DNA from: a virus
Lineage: Duplodnaviria > Caudoviricetes
DNA length: 60,865 bases
Direction: 5' to 3' (one strand)
Virus record (IMG/VR): IMGVR_UViG_3300025093_001645
Span: 1 to 60,865 of that record
The translations under genes were made by a program, and so were the position numbers. A model generated the notes under the pieces. The model worked only from the letters and a program-made list of their open reading frames with translations. It was not told the DNA's origin and searched no databases. Shown here piece after piece: positions 1 to 7,513 of this stretch; position 1 is the stretch's first letter; each line of letters opens with the position of its first letter.

Positions 1-732
1 AAGTGGGAGCGGCCTCAAGTCGACCCGGATGATCCGTTTAAAGGCGCTACAAAGGACGTACAGGTTTATAACGAAGAAGCAGATGACCTAGAAAGCATGC
101 GTCGCGATCTAGAGAATGCAGCTAGCGATGCCAAAGGTAAGAAGAAAGGTAGCGCGTTAGGTGCTGCAGCAAAAGGCGCCTTTAAGGCTGGTGGTATTTA
201 CCAAGCAATGCAAGCCTTGCAAGGATTGGCCGCAATGGGATCTGCAGCAATGGAGAAAGCTATGTCTAAGCTAGATCCAGAAATGGTTGCAGCTATAGCC
301 GATGCCGCGCAAAGCGTTGGTAGCGCAATTGGCTTAGAGGAAGGCTATGGTGAGGAAGAGCATACACCAATGATGCCGCCTAAGGCAATTAAAAAGAAAG
401 GCATTGACGTACCCCTTACCAAGCTAGCTGATGGCGCTGATGCAGCGAGAGCTGCCGTAGAAGCAATGTATTCCCCTAGTTCACGTGAATATGAGCGCGC
501 AATGATGGTTATTGATATGGCTGAAGCACAAGGCGCGCTGAACGAAGACGAACTTGAGGAAGCTACTTTAGAAGAAGGTAGATGTCCTCCTGGCCATTAC
601 TGGAAGAGTTTTGGTGGCCAAGGCGGTACGTGTGTAAAAGACCCGGATTACAAAGGGCCTAAGAGCGCATATTCTCAAGGAGGTACCGTATCTCCTCCAA
701 GAGGATCATACACGCCTAAATACGAAGAATAA
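1..732 (+). CDS. 5'-truncated hypothetical protein, Ala/Glu-rich, possibly head-associated
   Basis: Frame 1 is open from base 1 (KWERPQVDPDD...) into the listed ATG at 97, so the start probably lies outside the window. It has acidic LNE/LEE stretches like other putative head proteins here. Confidence 0.7.
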   Translation, partial: KWERPQVDPDDPFKGATKDVQVYNEEADDLESMRRDLENAASDAKGKKKGSALGAAAKGAFKAGGIYQAMQALQGLAAMGSAAMEKAMSKLDPEMVAAIADAAQSVGSAIGLEEGYGEEEHTPMMPPKAIKKKGIDVPLTKLADGADAARAAVEAMYSPSSREYERAMMVIDMAEAQGALNEDELEEATLEEGRCPPGHYWKSFGGQGGTCVKDPDYKGPKSAYSQGGTVSPPRGSYTPKYEE

Positions 733-759
733 CATATGATTGAATCCCTTAGAAATTTC

Positions 760-794
760 AAGACCGCCGTATATCGCTGCGGTCTTTTTCTTTT
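760..794 (+). terminator. Rho-independent terminator candidate
   Basis: Stem AAGACCGC (760-767) / GCGGTCTT (779-786) followed by a T-rich run, just after the stop at 732. Confidence 0.55.
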
Positions 795-849
795 GTTCCT
801 AATCTTTGCTGCCGGGCAAATGTAGCTTTTAAGATCTATTTACTCTACA

Positions 850-1200
850 ATGGATGTTAAAGACAAATACCTGTATGAAGCAGAATTAATCCGCGTTGTA
901 GACGGCGATACGGTGGATGCTTGGATCGATTTAGGGTTCAACATCACTGTGCGCCGTAGAATCCGTTTATGGGGCATAAACGCCCCTGAAACAAGGACAA
1001 GAGACCTTGAGGAGAAACGCGAAGGCAAATTGGCCATGGCGCGCCTAGAGGAAATGCTTGCTTTAAACCGCGGGTCATTTATGGTGCGCTCGATTGGTGT
1101 TGATAAGTACGGACGATGCTTAGGTGAGCTTTATATACAGGAAGTTAATTTAAATAAACAACTCTTGGCCGAAGGCTTGGTGGAAGTATATAAAGATTAA
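850..1200 (+). CDS. Thermonuclease (SNase-like) family protein
   Basis: Motifs RVVDGDT, RIRLWGINAPE, DKYGR and NLNKQLLAEGL. Confidence 0.9.
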   Translation: MDVKDKYLYEAELIRVVDGDTVDAWIDLGFNITVRRRIRLWGINAPETRTRDLEEKREGKLAMARLEEMLALNRGSFMVRSIGVDKYGRCLGELYIQEVNLNKQLLAEGLVEVYKD

Positions 1201-1207
1201 TTTTTTC

Positions 1208-1236
1208 TTAACATTGCGCATTAAGTTTGCTATATT
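1208..1236 (+). promoter_or_regulatory. sigma70-like promoter
   Basis: TTAACA, 17 nt, TATATT, with TG in the extended -10 position. Confidence 0.6.
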
Positions 1237-1242
1237 ATATAA

Positions 1243-1316
1243 AGTTTGTTACCAACAAACTCAAAGGTTGACCATAGACCTTGCCCTCCTTGCCCCCTTT
1301 TGAAGGGGGCTTTTTT
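1243..1316 (+). ncRNA. Candidate small non-coding RNA (~75 nt, three hairpins)
   Basis: Lies between the 1208-1236 promoter and a terminator and has no ATG. Hairpins: AGTTTGTT/AACAAACT, AAGGTT/GACCTT, GCCCCCTT/AAGGGGGC. Confidence 0.4.
1292..1316 (+). terminator. Rho-independent terminator
   Basis: GCCCCCTT-TTG-AAGGGGGC followed by TTTTTT. Confidence 0.8.
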
Positions 1317-1513
1317 ATTTATTTACGTATGCCTCGAAAAAAGTAACAGCAGCGCTTAGGAATAGTAGGATTTCAAACACTAGCCTGCGTACCTTTTTCC
1401 TGTTCATATTGATAACTAGGAAAAATTTAGGAAAAAAATTTGATCGGGTTGAGCCCCGAAACTAATTATAATGATGCGGCTTTTTGGGTCGGAGAAAAAA
1501 ATCGGAGAGGAAT

Positions 1514-1675
1514 ATGAATATTACAATTAGTAAACTTAAGCAATTAATTAAAGAAGAACTAAGCCTGATTAACGAAGGCAAACTCACTCAAGCTGAAAAA
1601 ACTCTTCTGGACACACCGGATAGTAAGTTGAGTGCTGATGAAAAAGAAAAAAAGAACTCTATCCAACACAAGTGA
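1514..1675 (+). CDS. Small protein with MxITxxxLKQLIKEE N-terminal tag
   Basis: ATG at 1514 follows GGAGAGG, a better start than the TTG at 1484. It begins MNITISKLKQLIKEELSLINE. Confidence 0.7.
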   Translation: MNITISKLKQLIKEELSLINEGKLTQAEKTLLDTPDSKLSADEKEKKNSIQHK

Positions 1676-1954
1676 ATGAAGGAAGGACGTCTGAGTTCAG
1701 ACCTTTTAGAAAGATACGGAATCTCCGAAGAAAACGCTGTTGGCAAGGTTCTCTGGCATTCACTTAATGAGAATGGTGATATTGGTGTCTATGATATGAA
1801 GTTTGGTGATACTATTGTTCGTGGTCTTTTAGCCGAGAACATTGAAGATGCTCTTGTTGAAGGGCATGGTGATAAACTGCCCGGAAAAAGAGATGAAGAC
1901 ACACGCCACGGTGTTCAAAATGAACACGACGCAAGTCGAGGATTAAAAAAATGA
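1676..1954 (+). CDS. Hypothetical protein
   Basis: 92-aa ORF that starts immediately after the previous stop and overlaps the next gene by ATGA. Confidence 0.7.
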   Translation: MKEGRLSSDLLERYGISEENAVGKVLWHSLNENGDIGVYDMKFGDTIVRGLLAENIEDALVEGHGDKLPGKRDEDTRHGVQNEHDASRGLKK

Positions 1955-2223
1955 AGATTACAAGAGAATTAATTGAAGAAATGGTAAGAGAAGCCCTTAA
2001 TGAAGTTGCTGAGCCGGCACAAGCTCAGGGTGATCAAAAAAAAGTATCGGACGATATTACTAAAATCTTAACGCAACAAGATATGAAAGCGATCAACACA
2101 AACCAAGAATTTATTAGAGCAATTGAGAAAATCATTGGGCATGCCGATAGTATTCCGCGCGGAAGACAAATTCTAATTAATCTTCTTAAGGGCCTTCCAA
2201 AGACAATAAAAAATTTAAAATAA
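1951..2223 (+). CDS. Small protein with MKITxxLIxxMVREALNE tag
   Basis: N-terminal tag shared with 1514 and 8905. Confidence 0.75.
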   Translation: MKITRELIEEMVREALNEVAEPAQAQGDQKKVSDDITKILTQQDMKAINTNQEFIRAIEKIIGHADSIPRGRQILINLLKGLPKTIKNLK

Positions 2224-2225
2224 CA

Positions 2226-2312
2226 TTATTTCATATTCCATTGGCCACTAGCTACTCTTAAGAAAATGTCCCAAAAGTAGAATGCTAATATTAGTGTTAC
2301 TATTGGTGACAT
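2226..2312 (-). CDS. 28-aa hydrophobic peptide (not in ORF track)
   Basis: MSPIVTLILAFYFWDIFLRVASGQWNMK; it starts 5 nt after the stop of the preceding small ORF. Confidence 0.4.
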   Translation of the reverse strand: MSPIVTLILAFYFWDIFLRVASGQWNMK

Positions 2313-2317
2313 TTTTT

Positions 2318-2416
2318 TTATAAATAAGGTCCGATATTGTTCATCCAATCAAACTCGTATAGCAATTCTTCGCTAGCAGTTACAACTAATGTAGTTAAAA
2401 ACAATAAGTATTTCAT
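2318..2416 (-). CDS. 32-aa peptide with hydrophobic N-terminus (not in ORF track)
   Basis: MKYLLFLTTLVVTASEELLYEFDWMNNIGPYL, with a strong SD (AGGAGG) and TTGATT-16-TATACT upstream. Confidence 0.55.
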   Translation of the reverse strand: MKYLLFLTTLVVTASEELLYEFDWMNNIGPYL

Positions 2417-2531
2417 TATACCCTCCTATAAGAAGTATAAGAACATCTTGGCAAAAATCAATGTCTTTTTTTGGGCAATAAAAACCTATACCCTTCGAAA
2501 AGAGTCAAGTTTTTTATTTTGATTTTCGAAA

Positions 2532-2621
2532 TTAGTTATAAAATTTCCAATCATTATTTGAATAGACAGTCCAGGCGTAGCCAAGATACCCTCCAAATAC
2601 TGTACCCAAGAAAAAAGACAT
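2532..2621 (-). CDS. 29-aa Gly-rich hydrophobic peptide (not in ORF track)
   Basis: MSFFLGTVFGGYLGYAWTVYSNNDWKFYN, with SD GAGGAGG upstream. Confidence 0.55.
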   Translation of the reverse strand: MSFFLGTVFGGYLGYAWTVYSNNDWKFYN

Positions 2622-2727
2622 AAACATACCTCCTCTGCCAAAGACAGAAGCTTAAAGGTAGTAATTAACGCGCGCTAATGCGTTACCCTACATTATAATT
2701 ATAAGACAGCAGCACAAAAAAGTAAAA

Positions 2728-2925
2728 TTATATTTTTTTTATGTTATTGTGCGTCCAAGTTTCGTATTTGCTTGTATTATAGCAGAAAATCTTGTATACA
2801 TAATCATCTAATTCTATATCAAAGCCAAGACATTCTACAATAATGCCTCTTAGTCTAGGTTTTCTAATATAAGAAAAGTTTTCTACTAGATCTCCAAGTT
2901 TATATTCTTTAAACTTTGCTGCCAT
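2728..2925 (-). CDS. Small KOW/SH3-like beta-barrel protein (KxGDLV family)
   Basis: YKLGDLVE...RGIIVE pattern shared with two neighbouring ORFs. Confidence 0.65.
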   Translation of the reverse strand: MAAKFKEYKLGDLVENFSYIRKPRLRGIIVECLGFDIELDDYVYKIFCYNTSKYETWTHNNIKKI

Positions 2926-2953
2926 ATCAGTAAATAGACTAGTTATAGCTGTT

Positions 2954-3250
2954 ATGAGAATAAGACTTGAAGAAGATGGTATAGATAAATATAAAGTTTA
3001 TTTACCTGATCAAAACAGAGAATTTCCAATTGGAATGGTATGGAAAGATCCTTTTTATAAGGGCGCCTGGAAAGTAAAAGCTTATTTTCCTATGTATGGT
3101 CGCGACAAGCAAGTTACAGATAAAACTTATGACGATTTTATGAAGGCTGCTAGAGAATTAGCCAATACTTTTGATAATAACGTTGTTTTTGCTAACAAAG
3201 ATCTATTTGATGACGATTATAGCTTTTCGTGGGATGACGGATCCGATTAA
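2954..3250 (+). CDS. Hypothetical protein
   Basis: 98-aa ORF preceded by a CTAGTTA motif. Confidence 0.75.
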   Translation: MRIRLEEDGIDKYKVYLPDQNREFPIGMVWKDPFYKGAWKVKAYFPMYGRDKQVTDKTYDDFMKAARELANTFDNNVVFANKDLFDDDYSFSWDDGSD

Positions 3251-3444
3251 TTTGAATTAATTAATTCTAACTTGTCTGATGGCATTATCACCGAGACCGC
3301 CCATCTTGTCGCTAGCTCATCATTCAGCCACTTTATTTTATATTTATCTAGTCCTAGACTAGCTATAATTAAACCATGTGGTATATCATTGGGACTAGAC
3401 AAAGAAAAGCCTTTTAATTTTACTAAATCACCGATCTTCATCAA
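3247..3444 (-). CDS. Small KOW/SH3-like protein (KxGDLV family)
   Basis: MKIGDLVKL...HGLIIA, with SD AGGAG upstream. Confidence 0.7.
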   Translation of the reverse strand: MMKIGDLVKLKGFSLSSPNDIPHGLIIASLGLDKYKIKWLNDELATRWAVSVIMPSDKLELINSN

Positions 3445-3625
3445 ATACTCCTAATTTTCTTTGCTTCCAATGGTGATTTCCGTCTTTGGTTGCAATTACT
3501 GCCATATCTACTGGCTTCTTATGTATGCCGTTTTTAAAAATAATGTACAGTCGAATGACTATACCTAATATTTTTGTTGGAAATCTTTTGTTAAATACAA
3601 GATCACCAACTTTTATACTATGCAT
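3428..3625 (-). CDS. Small KOW/SH3-like protein (KxGDLV family)
   Basis: IKVGDLVF...LGIVIR. The likely start is ATG 3625, because the TTG at 3652 is part of a TTGACA. Confidence 0.65.
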   Translation of the reverse strand: MHSIKVGDLVFNKRFPTKILGIVIRLYIIFKNGIHKKPVDMAVIATKDGNHHWKQRKLGVFDEDR

Positions 3626-3690
3626 ATAATATATTATAATACATTTTGTCAAGAAGTAAAGCTTAAACTAGTTATTTTTGAGGGAGCGCA

Positions 3691-4038
3691 ATGAATATTG
3701 GACCTATAAACACTTCTATGCCCACTACTTCTGGTGTTGAGAGTGCATCTATAGGCGAAACTAATGCAACCGGTGATGCTAGTGGCGGAGGCAACCACGC
3801 TGCAGCAAACATACCTGCTTCAAAAGAAGAAGCAAGAGACTTTGGGGGTGCACCGGAACCTTTAAAACAAATGTCGACCTCTGATTTTTTAAGCTTACGT
3901 GAGACTTTCGGCACAGAAAGCGTCATGGATAAATTGGCTAAAATCTTTGAAACAATTTTGGCACTTCGCATACTGGAAGAAACAATTGAAAACGTTAATA
4001 AATCATATGAGGAACAACCAGAAGATAAGGAAATTTAA
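3691..4038 (+). CDS. Hypothetical protein, low-complexity N-terminal half
   Basis: 115-aa ORF with SD GAGGGAG. Confidence 0.75.
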   Translation: MNIGPINTSMPTTSGVESASIGETNATGDASGGGNHAAANIPASKEEARDFGGAPEPLKQMSTSDFLSLRETFGTESVMDKLAKIFETILALRILEETIENVNKSYEEQPEDKEI

Positions 4039-4040
4039 CT

Positions 4041-4202
4041 GTGTCACCATACTTTCAACCAAAATACTATTCAAAAGAGGAAGTCGAAGAGCTTTTAAGG
4101 CTAGCAAGTGGTGACAAGTTTAATATTTTTTATGATAAGAACGAGATTGTGGTAAATTTGTGTAGAACTTTAATAAAAGAGATGGAAAAAAATGAACATT
4201 AA
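4041..4202 (+). CDS. 53-aa hypothetical protein (not in ORF track)
   Basis: GTG start after AAGGA; MSPYFQPKYYSKEEVEELLRL...; it fills the gap between two + strand genes. Confidence 0.55.
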   Translation: MSPYFQPKYYSKEEVEELLRLASGDKFNIFYDKNEIVVNLCRTLIKEMEKNEH

Positions 4203-4446
4203 TGATAAAGATGAATTACTCGCTATGATTCAAGACCTTCAAGAAGAATTAATTGAAATAATAGCTGAAAATAAAGAACTAGTTGTTAAAAATGAAGCTT
4301 TACAGGATGAAGTTGACTCTTTATGGGCTATGATGGATGAAATAACAAAATCAGATATTCAGAATTTCTCTCATATTCTAGATGAAATCAAAGCAGACGT
4401 TATAACTCGTGCTTTAATGGTGTCAAAAAAGAAAGTTGATTGTTAA
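4192..4446 (+). CDS. Coiled-coil hypothetical protein
   Basis: Heptad-like pattern LQEELIEIIAENKELVVKNEALQDEVDSL. Confidence 0.75.
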   Translation: MNINDKDELLAMIQDLQEELIEIIAENKELVVKNEALQDEVDSLWAMMDEITKSDIQNFSHILDEIKADVITRALMVSKKKVDC

Positions 4447-4462
4447 AAAGAGGGTTAAATGA

Positions 4463-4720
4463 ATGAAAAAATTAAAATTTTGTGTTTTTTGTAGTGCTTT
4501 GAGTATTTTTTTGTTGGCTAGTGCTGATGTTTCAGGTAAAACCCCGGCAAAAAGTAAGTTCTATGATTTCAATGATCAAATAATTGATGGAGAAATCAAA
4601 AAACCAACAACTTTATATACAAATGCTCGTCAAAAAGTCAAGTTTGATCGTTTATTGAAACTAAAAAAGAGCTTTTTGCCTCGTTTGTTTAAGACAGCAA
4701 AAGAAAAAGTGTTTAAATAA
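4463..4720 (+). CDS. Secreted small protein resembling gliding-motility protein CglF/GltF
   Basis: Signal peptide, then YDFNDQIIDGEIKKP..LY..ARQKVKF..LL.L..SF...L. This matches the pattern I recall for the CglF/GltF family. Confidence 0.6.
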   Translation: MKKLKFCVFCSALSIFLLASADVSGKTPAKSKFYDFNDQIIDGEIKKPTTLYTNARQKVKFDRLLKLKKSFLPRLFKTAKEKVFK

Positions 4721-4725
4721 CTATC

Positions 4726-5151
4726 TTATGATCTATGCATTTGAGCATAAGCTTCTTTAATAGCGTTCATAAAATGCTGTGATATTTTAAAACCCTTTCT
4801 ATTAATCTCATCAATGGTTAGAAAAAAATAGTCAGAGTGCTCATCACTTAAGACGACTTCTCCTTTCGGAATTTCTCCAAAATAATAAGAAGTATTTCCA
4901 AATTCGTAAAGTTTTTTATAGTTTGTAATAATTAATCCTGTTTCTTCTTTCACTTCACGTTGTAATCCAACGACAGGATCCTCTCTGTAATGGATATGGC
5001 CACCAGGAAGATCTAATGTTCCTTGAAATTGAGGATGTTCACTAAGCAAAACTAAGATTTTTTCTCCGTTAAATAGAATGATTTTTGCAACCTTGTTGCT
5101 ATCCTTCTGTTCGTTGACGAAATTGTGCCATTTTTTCATAAAATAATTCAA
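4726..5151 (-). CDS. Nudix hydrolase with N-terminal KWxxFVNE tag
   Basis: Nudix box LPGGH...GLQREVKEETGL. Confidence 0.9.
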   Translation of the reverse strand: MNYFMKKWHNFVNEQKDSNKVAKIILFNGEKILVLLSEHPQFQGTLDLPGGHIHYREDPVVGLQREVKEETGLIITNYKKLYEFGNTSYYFGEIPKGEVVLSDEHSDYFFLTIDEINRKGFKISQHFMNAIKEAYAQMHRS

Positions 5152-5366
5152 CTTTTATTAAGATCTTTTAAATCATTGACTACTGTATCACAAGACGAGC
5201 ATGCTAATACCTGAACTGGTACAACTGCTTCTTGTCCAGTTGGAGAAAGAAGCGCGCTAACCTTTTTTATTCTAAGTAGCGGCTTAAAAAATAGATTTTC
5301 ACACGTTGGACACTGCATATCCTCTGCGTCATTAAGATTAAGATTGATTTGAGCTTGATTATTCAT
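5148..5366 (-). CDS. Small zinc-ribbon protein
   Basis: CPTC...CSSC. Confidence 0.75.
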   Translation of the reverse strand: MNNQAQINLNLNDAEDMQCPTCENLFFKPLLRIKKVSALLSPTGQEAVVPVQVLACSSCDTVVNDLKDLNKS

Positions 5367-5946
5367 TGTTACCTCGTTTTAAATTTTCAAGTTTTTGTAT
5401 TGTATCATATATTGATGTATGAAGTATAGCAATTCCGCCATTTTCTTCCCATTTTTCAGTATATGTAGAGAAATCATCAATTAAAACACAAGGTTTTCCA
5501 TTATTTTGAGCCCAAATCTCTTTTTTTCCGTCCAAAGGAAGAAAAATATGCTCACTTTTTGGTTTTGGAAGCAAATATTGATTAATCCAGTCGATTTTGC
5601 CTTCCGCTGAGGCCTCATCCCAGGGGTGAGAAAGGACTTTTACCTCTCCAAGGCTGGCCAGGTATCTCCAGAACGCAAAAACGCCTGGAAGGGCCCTTAA
5701 ATTAGCCCAAAATGAGCGATTATCACCTAATAATTGTCTAATCCACTCCAAAGCGGCTTGAATTTCAGGATTTTCGTGGTCTTTTGACCATCTCCAGCGC
5801 ATTTCAATGATTTTTTCAAGGTTTTTGCGTAAATTTGGGTCTTTTGCCTCCAAAAAGACGCCATTTTCAAACAAATCAACCAAAACACCGTCCATATCGC
5901 AGTAAATTTCGTATGGAAACGCTTGTTTTTGCTCATTTTTAGCCAT
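5359..5946 (-). CDS. HAD-superfamily 5'(3')-deoxyribonucleotidase-like protein
   Basis: IYCDMDGVLVD, KxxWI, LIDD, WEENGGIAILH. Confidence 0.85.
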   Translation of the reverse strand: MAKNEQKQAFPYEIYCDMDGVLVDLFENGVFLEAKDPNLRKNLEKIIEMRWRWSKDHENPEIQAALEWIRQLLGDNRSFWANLRALPGVFAFWRYLASLGEVKVLSHPWDEASAEGKIDWINQYLLPKPKSEHIFLPLDGKKEIWAQNNGKPCVLIDDFSTYTEKWEENGGIAILHTSIYDTIQKLENLKRGNNE

Positions 5947-5947
5947 T

Positions 5948-6520
5948 TTATACCAGTTTTTTCTCTTGTTTTTCCATAAAAATGTGGAAATCTTCAGTGT
6001 ATATTATAACAGCATTATTGGATTCGTCAAGCAAAAAATGTTCATCTTTGAATTCTGAGAGTGGAATTTGTATAACTGCGGGCTCTCCACCGTGTTTTTC
6101 AACGATTTTCATCGCATTTTCTTCGGCAAAACCGTAATTTCCCCATTTGCTTGGAGATTTTATACCATTTTTGGCTATTTCCTCTTGAAAAACAGTTGAG
6201 GTTCCATAATAAAGAGATTCTTCAACTAGATTTAATTGAATTGGCTCTTCTACACGTTTCAAGAATGTTTCTAATTCCTCACCTGGCTTTGATTCACGAC
6301 TTGGCCAAAGATCTGAATTCTCTGTACCATCTGGATATGTTGCTGTATATCTGCGTCCATCAGGAGTATCAGTATAATCAATTATAGGCTGTCCTCTACC
6401 CCAACGATGTTGTGAGCTTTGAGCAGAATTAAAACTAGCATCAGAAATTGCTTGTTCAATTTCTTTCTTTGATAGATTTTCCTTTAAATACTGTCGCCAA
6501 TTTTCAAATATAAGTTTCAT
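5948..6520 (-). CDS. MKLIFENWR-tagged protein with a degenerate ADP-ribosyltransferase-like C-terminal domain
   Basis: N-terminal tag; LYYGTS...IAKNGIK...GGEPAVIQI resembles LYHGT-type ART/Tpt1-like domains. Confidence 0.55.
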   Translation of the reverse strand: MKLIFENWRQYLKENLSKKEIEQAISDASFNSAQSSQHRWGRGQPIIDYTDTPDGRRYTATYPDGTENSDLWPSRESKPGEELETFLKRVEEPIQLNLVEESLYYGTSTVFQEEIAKNGIKSPSKWGNYGFAEENAMKIVEKHGGEPAVIQIPLSEFKDEHFLLDESNNAVIIYTEDFHIFMEKQEKKLV

Positions 6521-6966
6521 TCTAATCCCATCCTTGCTTTATAGGCTTCAACATATTTTTTAAATTTTTCGAAGATGGCGCCGCCTATACTTTCATAATC
6601 TTTATAGATTTCTTCAGGCTTATTTTTGCCACTGGCATAATCATAAGCATATGCCATTATTTCAGATGGTACACTATAGTATTTTTCTTTTTTTTCCCAC
6701 GGAATATCTTCCCATTCAATATCATCAGGAAGAGAGTGTTCAATCGAGTTATCAAAAAGCTCTGGCATTTCTTTAGCTTGAAGCGCGTGAATAGCTTCGT
6801 GTGGTAGTGCATCATCAGGAAGTGCCTCTATCCATTCTTCAGGTGGTGCTAGTTCAGAAGCTATTAGATCTCTTGCTTTCTGTAAATCTGTCGGAGGCAT
6901 TATAATCTTTAAAGAATCAGCTTCTTCATTTAAATACTTCCGCCAATTTTCAAATATAAGTTTCAT
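6517..6966 (-). CDS. MKLIFENWR-tagged zincin-like (HEXXH) protein
   Basis: PHEAIHALQ, then YYSVPSEIMAYA providing a candidate third ligand Glu. Confidence 0.7.
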   Translation of the reverse strand: MKLIFENWRKYLNEEADSLKIIMPPTDLQKARDLIASELAPPEEWIEALPDDALPHEAIHALQAKEMPELFDNSIEHSLPDDIEWEDIPWEKKEKYYSVPSEIMAYAYDYASGKNKPEEIYKDYESIGGAIFEKFKKYVEAYKARMGLE

Positions 6967-7502
6967 CTTGTAGCCCTCTTGCGATTTCCCTCTTTCTCAA
7001 CATTTATTTTTGGATCAGCTTCTAGCCACTTCCAAATCTTTTGGCCCGCGGGTGATTGTTGGGTGTCGCTGTATACAACGCCATATTTATCTATGAGCCA
7101 CTTATAAAAGTCTGTTGTCCTGAAATTACCACCTGCCTTGCGTACATTTCCTGTTATAATGCCATCTTTATGAGGTTGGGTGGCGATAAAGAAAATTGGG
7201 GTTTCACCATCAAGAAGAAAATAAAAGGTATCTCTTCCGGCTGGATCATTGAATAATACCACTTGGTGTCCGAATTTGGGGTGGGCGCCCGCATCTTTTC
7301 TGTTGATTTTTTCAAAACGTGGCCAGCCCGTTGTAGGGTCTTTTTCGTGCTCTTTTTCATTTGGCGCCACGTATTCTTCTCCACCATCCCAAAAATAATT
7401 AATAGTATTTTGTCGCCCTTCTTGCGTTTTAGTTCCAGGAATAGCAGCAATTGCTTCAACTTCTTCTAAGTACTTCCGCCAATTTTCAAATAGGAGTTTC
7501 AT
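6963..7502 (-). CDS. MKLLFENWR-tagged protein with a GNAT-like C-terminal domain
   Basis: DFYKWLIDKYGVVYSDTQQSPAGQKIWKWL resembles the SDxxQSxxGxxxWxxL ending of phage GNAT-fold proteins. Confidence 0.55.
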   Translation of the reverse strand: MKLLFENWRKYLEEVEAIAAIPGTKTQEGRQNTINYFWDGGEEYVAPNEKEHEKDPTTGWPRFEKINRKDAGAHPKFGHQVVLFNDPAGRDTFYFLLDGETPIFFIATQPHKDGIITGNVRKAGGNFRTTDFYKWLIDKYGVVYSDTQQSPAGQKIWKWLEADPKINVEKEGNRKRATR

Positions 7503-7513
7503 TATTTTAGTTC

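Larger units (their letters stand above)
6483..7502 (-). repeat. Three dispersed 38-nt direct repeats forming the 5' ends of three tandem genes
   Basis: Copies at 6483-6520, 6929-6966 and 7465-7502; 36/38 and 34/38 identical to the middle copy. Confidence 0.9.

Noticed and set aside
1201-1513. tRNA gene in the intergenic gap
   Set aside because: No cloverleaf or T-loop (GTTCRA) signature was found.
6483-7502. 38-nt repeats as a CRISPR array or integron attC sites
   Set aside because: Spacing is about 450-540 nt, the repeats are protein-coding and non-palindromic, and no integrase is present in the window.
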